DNA of 64,000 nucleotides from an uncultured Neisseria sp. (GCA_963532335.1 CAUSKT010000002.1:2562-66561), one strand, 5' to 3'; numbered from the stretch's first letter, positions 29,269-39,779 are shown. The notes: a model not told the origin generated them from the letters alone. Numbers and translations are program-made.

Positions 29269-29811
29269 ATGAAACACATCAATCTAAACCCCATGAATCC
29301 CCCTTTGAATTGGCAAGACAAACTTCCCGACGAGCTGCCGCAAGGCTGGAACGAACGCGCCGCCGCTTTGTGCCAAGTGCAATCGCTGACCGCCGCCTTA
29401 CGCGCCTTGGGCGGCAGCTTTATGGTAAAAGTGCTGTATATGGGCGAACTGGACGGGCTGGGTAATCCGTTTGGCGGAAACTATGCCGAAACCGCCGCCC
29501 CGCAATTCGTCCGCGACGTTTTGCTGCATCTGGACGGCGTGCCCGTCGTACAGGCGCGCAGCGCGTGCAGCCCGCAATCGCAAGCCTGGCGCGGCGTGTT
29601 GGATTGCGGCACGCAGCCTTTGGGCGAGCGGCTGTTTGACGGCACGCTACCCTTGAAGCGTTCGGCGTTCGAGTTTTGTCTGATGGAAAACGCAGGCGGT
29701 CAGGATGATTTCAGACGACCTGTCGCTGCCCGCAGGTCTTATTTCGATTGGGATGGCGAGGTGTTGGAACTGACGGAATATTTTTTGGCGGGGTTGGCGC
29801 AGTTTGTGTAG
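29269..29811 (+). CDS. ubiC: Chorismate pyruvate-lyase
   Basis: 180 aa. Upstream of ubiA, and its size and ...RDVLLHLDGVPVVQARS... segment fit the UbiC family. Confidence 0.65.
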   Translation: MKHINLNPMNPPLNWQDKLPDELPQGWNERAAALCQVQSLTAALRALGGSFMVKVLYMGELDGLGNPFGGNYAETAAPQFVRDVLLHLDGVPVVQARSACSPQSQAWRGVLDCGTQPLGERLFDGTLPLKRSAFEFCLMENAGGQDDFRRPVAARRSYFDWDGEVLELTEYFLAGLAQFV

Positions 29812-29968
29812 GGCGCGGATATGCCGTTTTTGTATCTTTCTGTAAAAGTTGGGGATAAGGGTCTAAATAAAATAGTAAAATCTAAAAATTGATTTATAAT
29901 GAACATAATACGCTAAGCAATAATTACAAATTGATTTATTATACCAATAACATATTTTTCACATTCGC

Positions 29969-30886
29969 ATGAAGATAAGACGTGTTCTCCTACATTTTTT
30001 CCCGCGCTATGCCGTCGGACGGATGGTCATATACGGCAAATTGATGCGCATCGACAAGCCTATCGGCACGTTGCTGCTGCTTTGGCCGACCTATTGGGCG
30101 TTATGGGTCGCTTCGGAAGGCATTCCGGAAGCGGATATTTTTTGGGCGTTTACCGCCGGTACGTTCTTTATGCGCAGCGCAGGCTGCGTGATCAACGACT
30201 TTGCCGACCGCGATTTTGACGGCTCGGTCGAGCGCACGAAAAACCGCCCCTTTGCCCGCGGGTTGGTTTCCAAAACAGAAGCAATTCTGCTGACCGTCAT
30301 CCTCTGCCTGCTTGCCGCCCTCTGCATGACGCCGTTGAACCTGTTGACTTGGGTGATGAGCGTTCCCGCGCTGTTTTTGGCGATGACTTACCCCTTTACC
30401 AAACGGTTTTTCCCGCTGCCGCAGTTTTATTTGGGGCTGGCGTTTTCTTTCGGGATTCCGATGGCGTTTGCCGCCGTCCGCAGCGGCGTGCCTTCTACGG
30501 CGTGGCTGATGTTTACCGCCAATGCTTTGTGGACGCTTGCCTACGACACGATTTATGCGATGTCGGACAAAGAAGACGATTTGAAAATCGGGATTAAAAC
30601 TTCGGCCATCACGTTCGGCGATCACGATATTTCCGCTTCTATGCTCTGCCATTTTTGGTTTACCGCGCTGATGGCGGTGTTGGGCGTGAAAATCGGCGCG
30701 ACATGGCCGTATTGGATCATGCTGCCTGCGGTGGTGTGGCTGCAAATCGGTCAATACCATGCCATCAAAACGCGCGACCGCCAGACTTGTTTTAAAGTGT
30801 TTTTGGATAACAACTATATCGGTCTGCTGTGGTTCTTGGGTTTGGCGGGGCATTATTTGTGGGCTTTGGCTGCCACACGGTTGTAA
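29969..30886 (+). CDS. ubiA: 4-hydroxybenzoate octaprenyltransferase
   Basis: 305-aa [25 protein letters not shown] and NDFADRDFD motifs. The true start may be an internal Met (30023 or later). Confidence 0.9.
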   Translation: MKIRRVLLHFFPRYAVGRMVIYGKLMRIDKPIGTLLLLWPTYWALWVASEGIPEADIFWAFTAGTFFMRSAGCVINDFADRDFDGSVERTKNRPFARGLVSKTEAILLTVILCLLAALCMTPLNLLTWVMSVPALFLAMTYPFTKRFFPLPQFYLGLAFSFGIPMAFAAVRSGVPSTAWLMFTANALWTLAYDTIYAMSDKEDDLKIGIKTSAITFGDHDISASMLCHFWFTALMAVLGVKIGATWPYWIMLPAVVWLQIGQYHAIKTRDRQTCFKVFLDNNYIGLLWFLGLAGHYLWALAATRL

Positions 30887-31167
30887 GGCAATAAAATGGT
30901 TAACACGTCGTCTGAAAAGGGTTTCAGACGACGTTTTGCTTTTGGGGCAGGGCGGGTTGACGATGGTGGCGGAGTTTTGTCTGGTAGCCAAACCTGCTGT
31001 AAAACACTTGCCGCCGTTTTCAGACGACCTTGTGTATGAGTTAAGAAATATCAAAGAAGCAGCGTTTCTTGTTAGCAATCTGAGTGTAAATTGCGTGTTC
31101 AGGATTGAGGTTTGTACAGACAGTCGGTACAATTCCATTTCATTTTGCCACATCAAAAGAGATTTCT

Positions 31168-31617
31168 ATGAGCCTTATCGGCGAAATTTTGCCTTTGTCC
31201 CATATCGTTTTAGACTTGGAAGTCGGCAGCAAAAAACGCTTGTTTGAAGAAGCGGGACTGCTGCTTGAACATGAAGCAGAATTACCTCACGGCGATGTCT
31301 TCGACTGCCTGTTTGCCCGCGAAAAGCTGGGTTCGACCGGCCTGGGGCAGGGCGTTGCCATCCCGCACGGCCGCCATGCCTGCGTGAAAAAAGCCACCGG
31401 CGCGTTTATCCGCACGAAAGAACCGGTCGCTTTCGATGCGCCCGACGGCAAACCCGTATCCCTGATTTTCACTTTGTTGGTGCCGGAAAATGCGACCGGC
31501 GAGCATTTGGAAGTCTTGTCCAAACTGGCGGGCAGGTTCTCGCAAAAAGCCGTCCGTGAAGCCTTGATGTCCGCGACCTCTGCCGAGGAGGTGCGCAAAC
31601 TTCTGGCAGAAGAGTAA
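31168..31617 (+). CDS. ptsN: PTS IIA-like nitrogen regulatory protein PtsN (EIIA-Ntr)
   Basis: ORF trimmed to MSLIGEILPLSHIVLDLEVGSKKRLFEE..., with the phosphorylatable His in GQGVAIPHGR. Confidence 0.85.
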   Translation: MSLIGEILPLSHIVLDLEVGSKKRLFEEAGLLLEHEAELPHGDVFDCLFAREKLGSTGLGQGVAIPHGRHACVKKATGAFIRTKEPVAFDAPDGKPVSLIFTLLVPENATGEHLEVLSKLAGRFSQKAVREALMSATSAEEVRKLLAEE

Positions 31618-31620
31618 AGA

Positions 31621-32583
31621 ATGCCCAGTATATCCGTCCGCCGCCTGTTTTCCGATAATCAGCACAAGCTCCAACTTGCTTGGGCGGCAGGCAATTCGGG
31701 TGCGGACAACCGCATCGGAGTAGAGGCCGACAAACCCGTTTTGGCGTTGGTCGGCCATTTGAATTTTATCCATCCCAATCAAATCCAAGTCGTCGGTGTT
31801 GCCGAAGCCGAATATCTCAAGCGCCTCGAATCGGGCGAGTTGAATTACGATTTCGGCGAACTCTTCGATATCCCCATGTCGCTGGTCATCGTTGCCAACG
31901 GTCTGGCGGTTTCGCCCAAATTGCGCGACTACTGCCATAAAAACGACATCCCGCTGCTGACCTCCAAGCTCGAAAGCCCGTATTTGATGGACGTGTTGCG
32001 GATTTATCTGCAACGCACGTTGGCGACTTCCATCGTCAAACACGGCGTATTCCTCGATGTATTTGAAGTCGGCGTGTTGATTACCGGTCATTCCGGCTTG
32101 GGTAAAAGCGAGTTGGCGTTGGAATTGATTTCGCGCGGACACAGCCTGATTGCCGATGATGCGGTCGAGCTTTTCCGTACCGGCCCCGAAACGCTCGAAG
32201 GCCGCTGCCCGCCGATGTTGCGTGATTTCCTTGAAGTGCGCGGTTTGGGCATACTCAACATCCGCCACATTTTCGGCGAAACCTCCATCCGTCCGAAAAA
32301 AATCCTCCAATTGATTATCAACCTGGTCGCTGCCGACGACGATTACATGAAGCAGCTCGACCGCTTGAGCATACGCACGGAAACCGAGTCCATCCTCAAC
32401 GTTAACGTCCGTTCCGTCACCCTGCCTGTCGCCGTGGGCCGCAACCTTGCCGTATTGGTTGAAGCGGCAGTGCGCAACTACATCCTCCAGTTGCGCGGCA
32501 AAGACAGTACCAAAGAATTCCTCGAACGCCATCAAACACAACTCAAAGAAAACGAACAAAACCATGAAAATCGTCCTGATTAG
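31621..32583 (+). CDS. hprK: HPr kinase/phosphorylase
   Basis: 320 aa with the Walker A motif [14 protein letters not shown]. Confidence 0.9.
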   Translation: MPSISVRRLFSDNQHKLQLAWAAGNSGADNRIGVEADKPVLALVGHLNFIHPNQIQVVGVAEAEYLKRLESGELNYDFGELFDIPMSLVIVANGLAVSPKLRDYCHKNDIPLLTSKLESPYLMDVLRIYLQRTLATSIVKHGVFLDVFEVGVLITGHSGLGKSELALELISRGHSLIADDAVELFRTGPETLEGRCPPMLRDFLEVRGLGILNIRHIFGETSIRPKKILQLIINLVAADDDYMKQLDRLSIRTETESILNVNVRSVTLPVAVGRNLAVLVEAAVRNYILQLRGKDSTKEFLERHQTQLKENEQNHENRPD

Positions 32584-33418
32584 CGGATTGTCCGGCTCGG
32601 GCAAGTCCGTTGCCCTCAAACAGCTTGAAGACCTCGGCTATTTCTGCGTGGACAACCTGCCGCTGGAAATGCTGCCTTCGCTGGTGCTGCACCATATCGA
32701 GCGCGCCGATGAAACCAAACTCAGCGTGAGTGTCGATGTCCGCTCCGGCATCAACATTCAGGAAGCGCAGGAGCAAATCCAATACCTGCGCGATGAAGGC
32801 CATCAGGTCGAAGTATTGTTTGTTGAAGCAGAAGAGAGCGTGCTGGTGCGTCGTTTTTCCGAAACGCGGCGCGGCCATCCGCTGTCTGGACTGAACCTTA
32901 CCCTGCTGGAAAGCCTGCAAAAAGAGCGCGAATGGCTGTTCCCGCTCAAAGACATCGCCTACTGCATCGATACATCCAAAATGAACGCGCAGCAATTGCG
33001 TTACGCCGTTCAACAATGGCTCAACATTGAGCGCAGAGGGCTTTTGGTTATCCTCGAGTCTTTCGGCTTCAAATACGGCGTGCCGAACAACGCAGATTTC
33101 ATGTTCGATATGCGCAGCCTGCCCAATCCCTATTACGATCCCGAGCTGCGCCCTTACACCGGCATGGACGCCCCCATTCAAGCGTATCTCGACCAGCAGC
33201 CCCTGGCGCAGGAAATGGTGGACGATATCGACCACTTTATGAACCACTGGCTCCCGCGCCTGCAAAAAGAAAGCCGCAGCTACGTTACCATCGCCATCGG
33301 CTGTACCGGCGGGCAGCACCGTTCCGTCTATGTCGTCGAAAAACTCGCCCAACGCCTGCAAGGGCATTACGAACTGCTGGTCCGCCACAGACAGGCGCAA
33401 AACCTGTCCGGACGCTGA
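32564..33418 (+). CDS. rapZ: RNase adapter protein RapZ (YhbJ)
   Basis: ORF trimmed to [33 protein letters not shown]. Overlaps the hprK 3' end by 20 nt. Confidence 0.9.
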   Translation: MKIVLISGLSGSGKSVALKQLEDLGYFCVDNLPLEMLPSLVLHHIERADETKLSVSVDVRSGINIQEAQEQIQYLRDEGHQVEVLFVEAEESVLVRRFSETRRGHPLSGLNLTLLESLQKEREWLFPLKDIAYCIDTSKMNAQQLRYAVQQWLNIERRGLLVILESFGFKYGVPNNADFMFDMRSLPNPYYDPELRPYTGMDAPIQAYLDQQPLAQEMVDDIDHFMNHWLPRLQKESRSYVTIAIGCTGGQHRSVYVVEKLAQRLQGHYELLVRHRQAQNLSGR

Positions 33419-33460
33419 TTCCCTTTTCAGACGACCTTTTCGATATAAAAGGAGAAAACC

Positions 33461-33691
33461 ATGAAACCCATCATCACCCTCGCACTCGCCTGCATACTCG
33501 CCGCCTGCGCCACCGAAGTCCCCGCCTACCGCTGGCACCGCACCGGCGCAAGCGAATCTGACGTTTCCCGCCAAATCAACGTTTGCAAATCACAAGCGCA
33601 ACACGACGCCAAACACGGACGCGAATCCAAATCCCTTGAACAATGTATGGACGAAGCCGGCTACTACCGCTACGAACACGGCAACCTCTAA
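33461..33691 (+). CDS. Small hypothetical lipoprotein
   Basis: 76 aa with lipobox ILAAC. Confidence 0.55.
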   Translation: MKPIITLALACILAACATEVPAYRWHRTGASESDVSRQINVCKSQAQHDAKHGRESKSLEQCMDEAGYYRYEHGNL

Positions 33692-33846
33692 ACCTTGAGC
33701 GCCCCAAACCAAAAGGTCGTCTGAAAAACCGCGAAGGCTTTCAGACGACCTTTGCACAGAAAACGGACAAACCTCAGGTCGTCTGAAAACACCGCCGAAC
33801 CACTTTTCAGACGACCCCACCGCAAATCAGACAGAAAGAACAAAAC

Positions 33847-34788
33847 ATGGCAATCCAATGGTTTCCCGGCCACATGAACAAAGCAAAAAAAGCCATCGCC
33901 GAGCGCGCAAAAAGCGTCGACATGGTGATTGAAATGCTGGACGCACGTATGCCCGCCTCCAGCGAAAACCCCCTGCTTGCCCAGCTTTCCAAAGGCAAAC
34001 CCAAACTCAAAATCCTCAACAAACAAGACCTTGCCGACCCCGAACGCACCAAAATCTGGCTCGAACACTACAACAGCCGCCCCGACACCCGTGCCATCGC
34101 CCTTGATTCCTCCGAAACCGGCGCACACGGCAAAATCACCCAAGCCTGCCGCGCCATGATTCCCCACCGCCAAGGCATAGACAAACCCCTGCGCGTCCTT
34201 ATCTGCGGCATCCCCAACGTTGGCAAGTCCACCCTCATCAACGGCATGATAGGCAAAAAATCCGCCAAAACCGGCAACGAACCCGGCATCACCAAAGCCG
34301 AACAACGCCTCTTTCTTGCCGACGACTTCTGGCTCTACGATACCCCAGGAATGCTGTGGCCGAAAATCATCGTCGAAGAAGGCGGCTACAACCTCGCCGC
34401 CGGCGGCGCAGTCGGACGCAACGCGCTGGACGAAGAAGAAGTCGCCCTTGAGCTTTTAGACTACCTCCGCCGCCACTACCTCCCCATGCTGCAAGAACGC
34501 TACCAAGCCGACAAAGACCCCAGCAGCCACTGGGACGACAACTCATGGCTCGAATGGATAGCCAAAAAACGCGGCGCAGTCCTCAGCGGCGGACGGGTCA
34601 ACTACCAAAAAGCCGCCGAAAACATCCTCACCGACTTCCGCGAAGGCAAAATCGGCAGAATCACCCTCGAAACACCGAATCAATGGGAAACATGGCTCAA
34701 AAAAGCCCGTCAAAAAGAAGCCGAACTCAAAGCCGTGCGCGAAGCCAGAAAGGCAGAACGCAAAGGGCAGAAGCCGGCGGATGAGTAG
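33847..34788 (+). CDS. rbgA: Ribosome biogenesis GTPase A (YlqF/RbgA)
   Basis: 313 aa. MAIQWFPGHMNKAKK and the circularly permuted GTPase motifs NKQD...GIPNVGKST. Confidence 0.9.
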   Translation: MAIQWFPGHMNKAKKAIAERAKSVDMVIEMLDARMPASSENPLLAQLSKGKPKLKILNKQDLADPERTKIWLEHYNSRPDTRAIALDSSETGAHGKITQACRAMIPHRQGIDKPLRVLICGIPNVGKSTLINGMIGKKSAKTGNEPGITKAEQRLFLADDFWLYDTPGMLWPKIIVEEGGYNLAAGGAVGRNALDEEEVALELLDYLRRHYLPMLQERYQADKDPSSHWDDNSWLEWIAKKRGAVLSGGRVNYQKAAENILTDFREGKIGRITLETPNQWETWLKKARQKEAELKAVREARKAERKGQKPADE

Positions 34789-34963
34789 GGCGGTATGGTG
34801 GAATGCCAAAAGAGGTTTCACTATCTTCAAACAGGTCGTCTGAAACCTCAGAATAAATTTTTCAGACGGCCTGCTTGTAAAATTTAAAACCAACATATAA
34901 AAAAGAAAAGAACCCTTATCCAAGGCTGACTGACCAATATTAAAACAATTAAATCTTAACGTT

Positions 34964-35566
34964 ATGACTGAAAAACTCCCTCCCGACGCGCTCATTGAAG
35001 CCGCGCTTTTGACCCAAACCGAACCCCTAAACGAAAAATCCATGCGCGAATTGTGTGTGCCGCCGCTGTCGCAGGACAAATTAATCGACGTGCTGGCGCA
35101 GTTGAAAACGCGTTGGCAGGGCAGGGCGTTGCAACTGGTGCATACGCACGAGGGCTGGCGGTTTCAAATTGCGCAGGCGGCTTTCGAGCGGCTGGGCAGC
35201 CTTCAGGAGCAGCGTGCGCCGCGCTATTCCCGCGCTGTGATGGAAACGCTGGCGATTATTGCCTACCAGCAGCCGGTGACACGCGGTGATATCGAGGGCA
35301 TACGCGGCGTGGCGGTGTCGCAGAACGTGATGCAGACCTTGCAGGACAGGGGTTGGATTGAAGTGATCGGGCATCGTGATTCGGTCGGCCGGCCTGCATT
35401 GTGGGCGACGACGCCGACGTTTTTGAGCGATTTGCGCTTGGACAGTTTGGAAGATTTGCCGCCGCTGACAGAATTAGGCGAATTGGTTTTGCCTGATTTG
35501 ATCGAAACGCCGCCGACAGGCGAAGAAGAGGAGCAGGAAGAAACGCCGGAGCGGCTGATTAATTAA
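34964..35566 (+). CDS. scpB: SMC-Scp complex subunit ScpB
   Basis: 200 aa. PRYSRAVMETLAIIAYQQPVTRGDIEGIRGV...GRPALWATT. Confidence 0.88.
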   Translation: MTEKLPPDALIEAALLTQTEPLNEKSMRELCVPPLSQDKLIDVLAQLKTRWQGRALQLVHTHEGWRFQIAQAAFERLGSLQEQRAPRYSRAVMETLAIIAYQQPVTRGDIEGIRGVAVSQNVMQTLQDRGWIEVIGHRDSVGRPALWATTPTFLSDLRLDSLEDLPPLTELGELVLPDLIETPPTGEEEEQEETPERLIN

Positions 35567-35767
35567 ATCAGGCAGGATTGGCAAAGGTCGTCTGAAAACT
35601 GGAAATAGGTTTTCAGACGACCTTTTTTTAAAAAATAATATCATTGTATTCAGTTTGTTAGATATAAAATAAGGAAAACCTTATTCAAACTATAAAAAAT
35701 CTTAGTTATAATCAGCATATCTAAAGTTAGCCGCCGATGTGCGGTCGATTTACTAAGGAATACTACC

Positions 35768-37429
35768 ATGCTGTTGGCACTTTCCCTGCGCGATTTTGTC
35801 ATTGTTGAAAACCTCAATCTGGATTTCCAAAGCGGTTTTACCGTCTTGACCGGCGAAACGGGCGCGGGTAAATCGATTACGTTGGACGCAATCGGGCTTT
35901 TGTTGGGCGACAAAGCCGATTACAGCCAAGTCCGCAGCGGCGCGAAGGAAGCGCAGTTGTCGGCATTGTTCGACATCAGCCTTTTGCCCGATCTCAAAGC
36001 CCAATTGCAGGAGCAGGGTTTTTTAGACGAAGACGCGGAAGAACTCAGCATCCGCCGCATCATCGACGCCAAAGGGAAAAGCCGCAGCTTTATCAATAAT
36101 CAGGCAGCCACGCTGGCGCAGCTTAAAGCCGTCGGCGGGCAGCTTATCGATATCCACGGGCAAAACGCCCACCATTCCCTCAATCAAGAATCCGCCCAGC
36201 GCGAATTGTTGGACGCATTTGCGGGCAGTAAGGCGCAGGCGGAAACCGTCAGACAGCTTTATCAAAACTGGGTCAATGCGAAAAAAGCCCTCCAAGAGGC
36301 GCAGGAACACGCCGAGACCATCATTATCGAGCGTGAGCGTTTGGAATGGCAGTTCAACGAATTGAACCAGTTGGACGTCAAACAAGGCGAATGGGAAGCC
36401 CTCAGCCAAAGCCACGACAGCCTTGCCCATTCTGCCGAGCTGTTGCAGGCTGCCGAAGAAGTCGGCGACTACATCGATGGCGACAACGGCATCCAACGTC
36501 AAATTTATCAATGCCAAAAGCTGTTGACCAATCTGCAAAACATTGAGCCGCGCTTTGCCGAAAGCCTGAATATGCTGGCGAGCATTGAAGCCGAATTGGG
36601 CGAAATCAGTGCCAATATGCGCGACGTCGCAGGCCGAAGCGACATCGATCCCAATGAATTGGCGGCGCAGGAGCAGCGCATGGGCGAGCTGATGGGGATG
36701 GCGCGGAAATACCGCATCGAGCCTGAAGCCCTGCCGCAAAAGCTGGCTGAAATCGACGAGCGCCTGCAAAGCCTGCAAGCCGCTGCCGATTTGGAAGCGT
36801 TGACGCAAACCGTTGCCCGCAACCTTGCCGAATATCAGGAGGCCGCCCACGTTCTTTCCGCCATGCGCCATCAGGCGGCGGGCAGGTTGGGCGAGGAAAC
36901 GACCGGGCATATGCAGCATCTCGCCATGAAAGGCGCGCGTTTTGACATCGTCCTGCTGCCGTCTTCCCCCACGGCGCACGGTTTGGAGCAGGTGCAGTTT
37001 CAAGTTGCCGCCAACAAAGGCAATCCGTCCCGTCCGCTGAATAAAGTCGCGTCCGGCGGCGAGCTTGCCCGTATCAGCCTTGCCTTGCAGGTGGTCACCA
37101 GCCAATACACGCAAGTCCCCACGCTGATTTTTGACGAAGTCGATACCGGTATCGGCGGCGGCGTGGCAGAAATGGTCGGTAAAGCCCTGCGTGCTTTGGG
37201 TAAAAAACATCAGGTGCTCGCCGTGACCCACCTTCCGCAAGTCGCTTCCTGCGGTGAAAACCATTGGCAGGTGCGCAAACACAGCGAAGGCGAACAAACC
37301 GTCAGCGAAATCAGCGTGTTGGAGCATCAGCAGCGTATCGAAGAAATCGCCCGTATGCTTGGCGGCGAAATCATTACCGACACGACCCGCAGCCATGCGG
37401 CAGAGTTAATCAGCCTTGCCGCCGCTTAA
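35768..37429 (+). CDS. recN: DNA repair protein RecN
   Basis: 553 aa. Walker A VLTGETGAGKSI, a long coiled coil, and the signature SGGELARISLAL. Confidence 0.93.
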   Translation: MLLALSLRDFVIVENLNLDFQSGFTVLTGETGAGKSITLDAIGLLLGDKADYSQVRSGAKEAQLSALFDISLLPDLKAQLQEQGFLDEDAEELSIRRIIDAKGKSRSFINNQAATLAQLKAVGGQLIDIHGQNAHHSLNQESAQRELLDAFAGSKAQAETVRQLYQNWVNAKKALQEAQEHAETIIIERERLEWQFNELNQLDVKQGEWEALSQSHDSLAHSAELLQAAEEVGDYIDGDNGIQRQIYQCQKLLTNLQNIEPRFAESLNMLASIEAELGEISANMRDVAGRSDIDPNELAAQEQRMGELMGMARKYRIEPEALPQKLAEIDERLQSLQAAADLEALTQTVARNLAEYQEAAHVLSAMRHQAAGRLGEETTGHMQHLAMKGARFDIVLLPSSPTAHGLEQVQFQVAANKGNPSRPLNKVASGGELARISLALQVVTSQYTQVPTLIFDEVDTGIGGGVAEMVGKALRALGKKHQVLAVTHLPQVASCGENHWQVRKHSEGEQTVSEISVLEHQQRIEEIARMLGGEIITDTTRSHAAELISLAAA

Positions 37430-37579
37430 ACGCAGAATCGGAGAGGTCGTCTGAAAAGGAAGTTTGTGTAACCATTCACAAACCGCTTTTCAGACGACCT
37501 TTTTGCCAAACCGCCCGCGCCCTTTCAGACGACCTCAATACAAGGTATGATTACGTCGTTCGTTTATAAGGAAATTTCC

Positions 37580-38536
37580 ATGAAAGTCCTGTTTATTGCC
37601 GATCCGATGGCAAGTTTCAAAACCTACAAAGACACTACCTACGCCATGATGCGCGAGATGGCAAAACGCGGCTGGCAGCTTTTCCATACCTTGAGCGGTG
37701 AATTGTCCGTACAGCAAGGATTGGTGACGGCTCAGGCTGCGCCGTTTGAGTTTCTCGGTGCAAAAAGCGACGATGATCATGAATGGTTTAAAGCGGCAGA
37801 CAAAGTTCAGACGATCTTGAAAGACTTCGATGCCGTCATTATGCGCACCGACCCGCCGTTCGATATGCAATACCTCTACGCCACCCAATTCCTGACGCTG
37901 GCGGAACAGCAGGGCGCGAAGGTTTTTAACAGCGGACAGGCGATGCGCGACTTCAATGAAAAACTGGCGATTTTGAATTTCAGCCAGTTCACCGCGCCTA
38001 CGCTGGTTACGACCCGTTCCGCCGATGTCCGCGCATTTTTGAAAGAACACGGCGACATCATCATCAAACCGCTGGACGGCATGGGCGGCATGGGCATTTT
38101 CCGCCTGACCGAAAAAGACCCCAACATCGGCAGCATCCTTGAAACCCTGATGCAGCTTGATTCCCGCACCATCATGGCGCAACGCTACATTCCCGAAATC
38201 GTCCACGGTGACAAACGCATCCTGATTATCGGCGGCGAAGTCGTCCCCTATGCTTTGGCGCGTATTCCGCAAAACGGCGAAACACGCGGCAATCTGGCGG
38301 CAGGCGGGCGCGGCGTGGCGCAGGAATTGAGCGAACGCGACCGAGAAATCGCCGAAACCCTCGCCCCCGAACTCAAACGCCGCGGCATCTTGCTGGCAGG
38401 TTTGGACGTCATCGGCAGCAACCTGACCGAAGTCAACGTTACCAGCCCGACCGGTTTCCAAGAAATCATGAAACAAAAAAACTTCGACGTCGCTGCGATG
38501 TTTGCCGACGCTGTCGAAGCTTGGTCCAAACAATAA
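37580..38536 (+). CDS. gshB: Glutathione synthetase (ATP-grasp)
   Basis: ORF trimmed to MKVLFIADPMASFKTYKDTTYAMMRE.... 318 aa. Confidence 0.9.
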   Translation: MKVLFIADPMASFKTYKDTTYAMMREMAKRGWQLFHTLSGELSVQQGLVTAQAAPFEFLGAKSDDDHEWFKAADKVQTILKDFDAVIMRTDPPFDMQYLYATQFLTLAEQQGAKVFNSGQAMRDFNEKLAILNFSQFTAPTLVTTRSADVRAFLKEHGDIIIKPLDGMGGMGIFRLTEKDPNIGSILETLMQLDSRTIMAQRYIPEIVHGDKRILIIGGEVVPYALARIPQNGETRGNLAAGGRGVAQELSERDREIAETLAPELKRRGILLAGLDVIGSNLTEVNVTSPTGFQEIMKQKNFDVAAMFADAVEAWSKQ

Positions 38537-38570
38537 TCCCGAAAGGTCGTCTGAAACCCGAATCCGTTTT

Positions 38571-38666
38571 AGTAAAACCCGCTTCGCTCGTTTTAGCGAA
38601 ACTCGCTTCGCTCGTTTTAGCGAAACTCGCTTCGCTCGTTTTAGCGAAACTCGCTTCGCTCGTTTT
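38571..38666 (+). repeat. Tandem array of four 24-bp units (AGCGAAACTCGCTTCGCTCGTTTT) nested in an inverted DUS pair
   Basis: Units at 38571-38594 (diverged), 38595-38618, 38619-38642 and 38643-38666 (three identical). Flanked by AGGTCGTCTGAA (38544-38555) and TTCAGACGACC (38665-38675). Confidence 0.95.
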
Positions 38667-38713
38667 CAGACGACCCCTTTTTACAAATATAAATATTGAT
38701 ACAAACATTACTT

Positions 38714-39106
38714 ATGAAACCATCTTCTTACGCTGCCGATAAAAAAGGTAAAAGCGGTATCAAACGCATCATCAACGCATTCGGCTATTCCAAAGACGGG
38801 CTTGCCGCCGCCTACCGCTATGAAAGCGCGTTCCGCCAAGTATTGTGGCTGAACCTGATTTTGATTGTCTTGACCTTTATCCTTAATTTCGACTCCGCGA
38901 CCAAAATGCTGCTGATTATTGCGTCGTTTGTTTCGTTGATCACCGAATTGTTCAACACCGCCGTCGAAGCCGCCGTCGACCACACTTCCACCGAAAAACA
39001 CGAATTGGCAAAACGCGCCAAAGATGCCGGCTCCGCCGCGCAATTGCTCGCTTTGACGATGCTGGGTATCGTGTGGGCGATCGCATTGTGGCGCGGGTAT
39101 GTTTAA
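38714..39106 (+). CDS. dgkA: Diacylglycerol kinase
   Basis: ORF trimmed to MKPSSYAADKKGKSGIKRIINAFGYSKDGLAAAYRYESAFRQ. 130 aa, three TM helices. Confidence 0.85.
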   Translation: MKPSSYAADKKGKSGIKRIINAFGYSKDGLAAAYRYESAFRQVLWLNLILIVLTFILNFDSATKMLLIIASFVSLITELFNTAVEAAVDHTSTEKHELAKRAKDAGSAAQLLALTMLGIVWAIALWRGYV

Positions 39107-39299
39107 ATTTACTTTGAGATGATTTATACTTACTAAGTATTAATTCTCATGAATTAATTTGAATCATTTTGTTTAATCTGAGTCAAAGCATTCAGACGAC
39201 CATTGCATGTAGGATGAGAACAGTATTACCGACATGCAATGTCGCGCGGAAAGCTTTTGCCGCAACAAAACCACCCATTTCATCATAAAGGAGCAATAC

Positions 39300-39779
39300 A
39301 TGAAAAAATTATTGGCAACCCTGATCGCAGCAGGTTTGGTATCCACCGCTTCCGCAGCCGGTGTTCACGTTGAAGACGGTTGGGCGCGTGCCACCGTCGA
39401 AGGTATGAAAATGGGCGGCGCGTTCATGAAGATCCACAACGATGAAGCCAAACAAGACTTCTTGGTCGGCGGCAGCAGCCCGGTAGCCGACCGCGTTGAA
39501 GTGCATACCCATGTCAACGACAACGGCGTGATGCGCATGCGCGAAGTCAAAGGTGGTGTTCCTCTGGCGGCAAAAGGCGTAACCGAGCTGAAACCGGGCA
39601 GCTACCACGTTATGTTCATGGGTCTGAAAAAACCGCTGAAAGAAGGCGAAAAAGTACCGGTTACCCTGAAATTCAAAAATGCCAAACCTCAAACCGTACA
39701 ACTGGAAGTGAAAACCGCGCCGCAATCCGGCATGGATCACGGCCATGGTCATGACCACGGTGGCGCGCATCAACACTAA
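39300..39779 (+). CDS. Periplasmic copper chaperone PCu(A)C (DUF461; AccA-like) with a His/Met-rich tail
   Basis: ORF trimmed to MKKLLATLIAAGLVSTASA.... YHVMFMGLK motif and C-terminal MDHGHGHDHGGAHQH. Confidence 0.8.
   Translation: MKKLLATLIAAGLVSTASAAGVHVEDGWARATVEGMKMGGAFMKIHNDEAKQDFLVGGSSPVADRVEVHTHVNDNGVMRMREVKGGVPLAAKGVTELKPGSYHVMFMGLKKPLKEGEKVPVTLKFKNAKPQTVQLEVKTAPQSGMDHGHGHDHGGAHQH

Noticed and set aside
38571-38666. CRISPR array interpretation of the 24-bp repeats.
   Set aside because: The units are directly abutting with no spacers, there are four copies at most, and no cas genes are present in the window.
38466-38742. ORFs translating the 24-bp array (SEASFAKT, ETRFARFS and LAKLASLV octad repeats), as a possible repeat protein.
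   Set aside because: All three frames and both strands are open only because of the repeat. There is no credible start or SD, the ORFs overlap the gshB stop and the dgkA start region, and equivalent arrays elsewhere are not in frame with anything.
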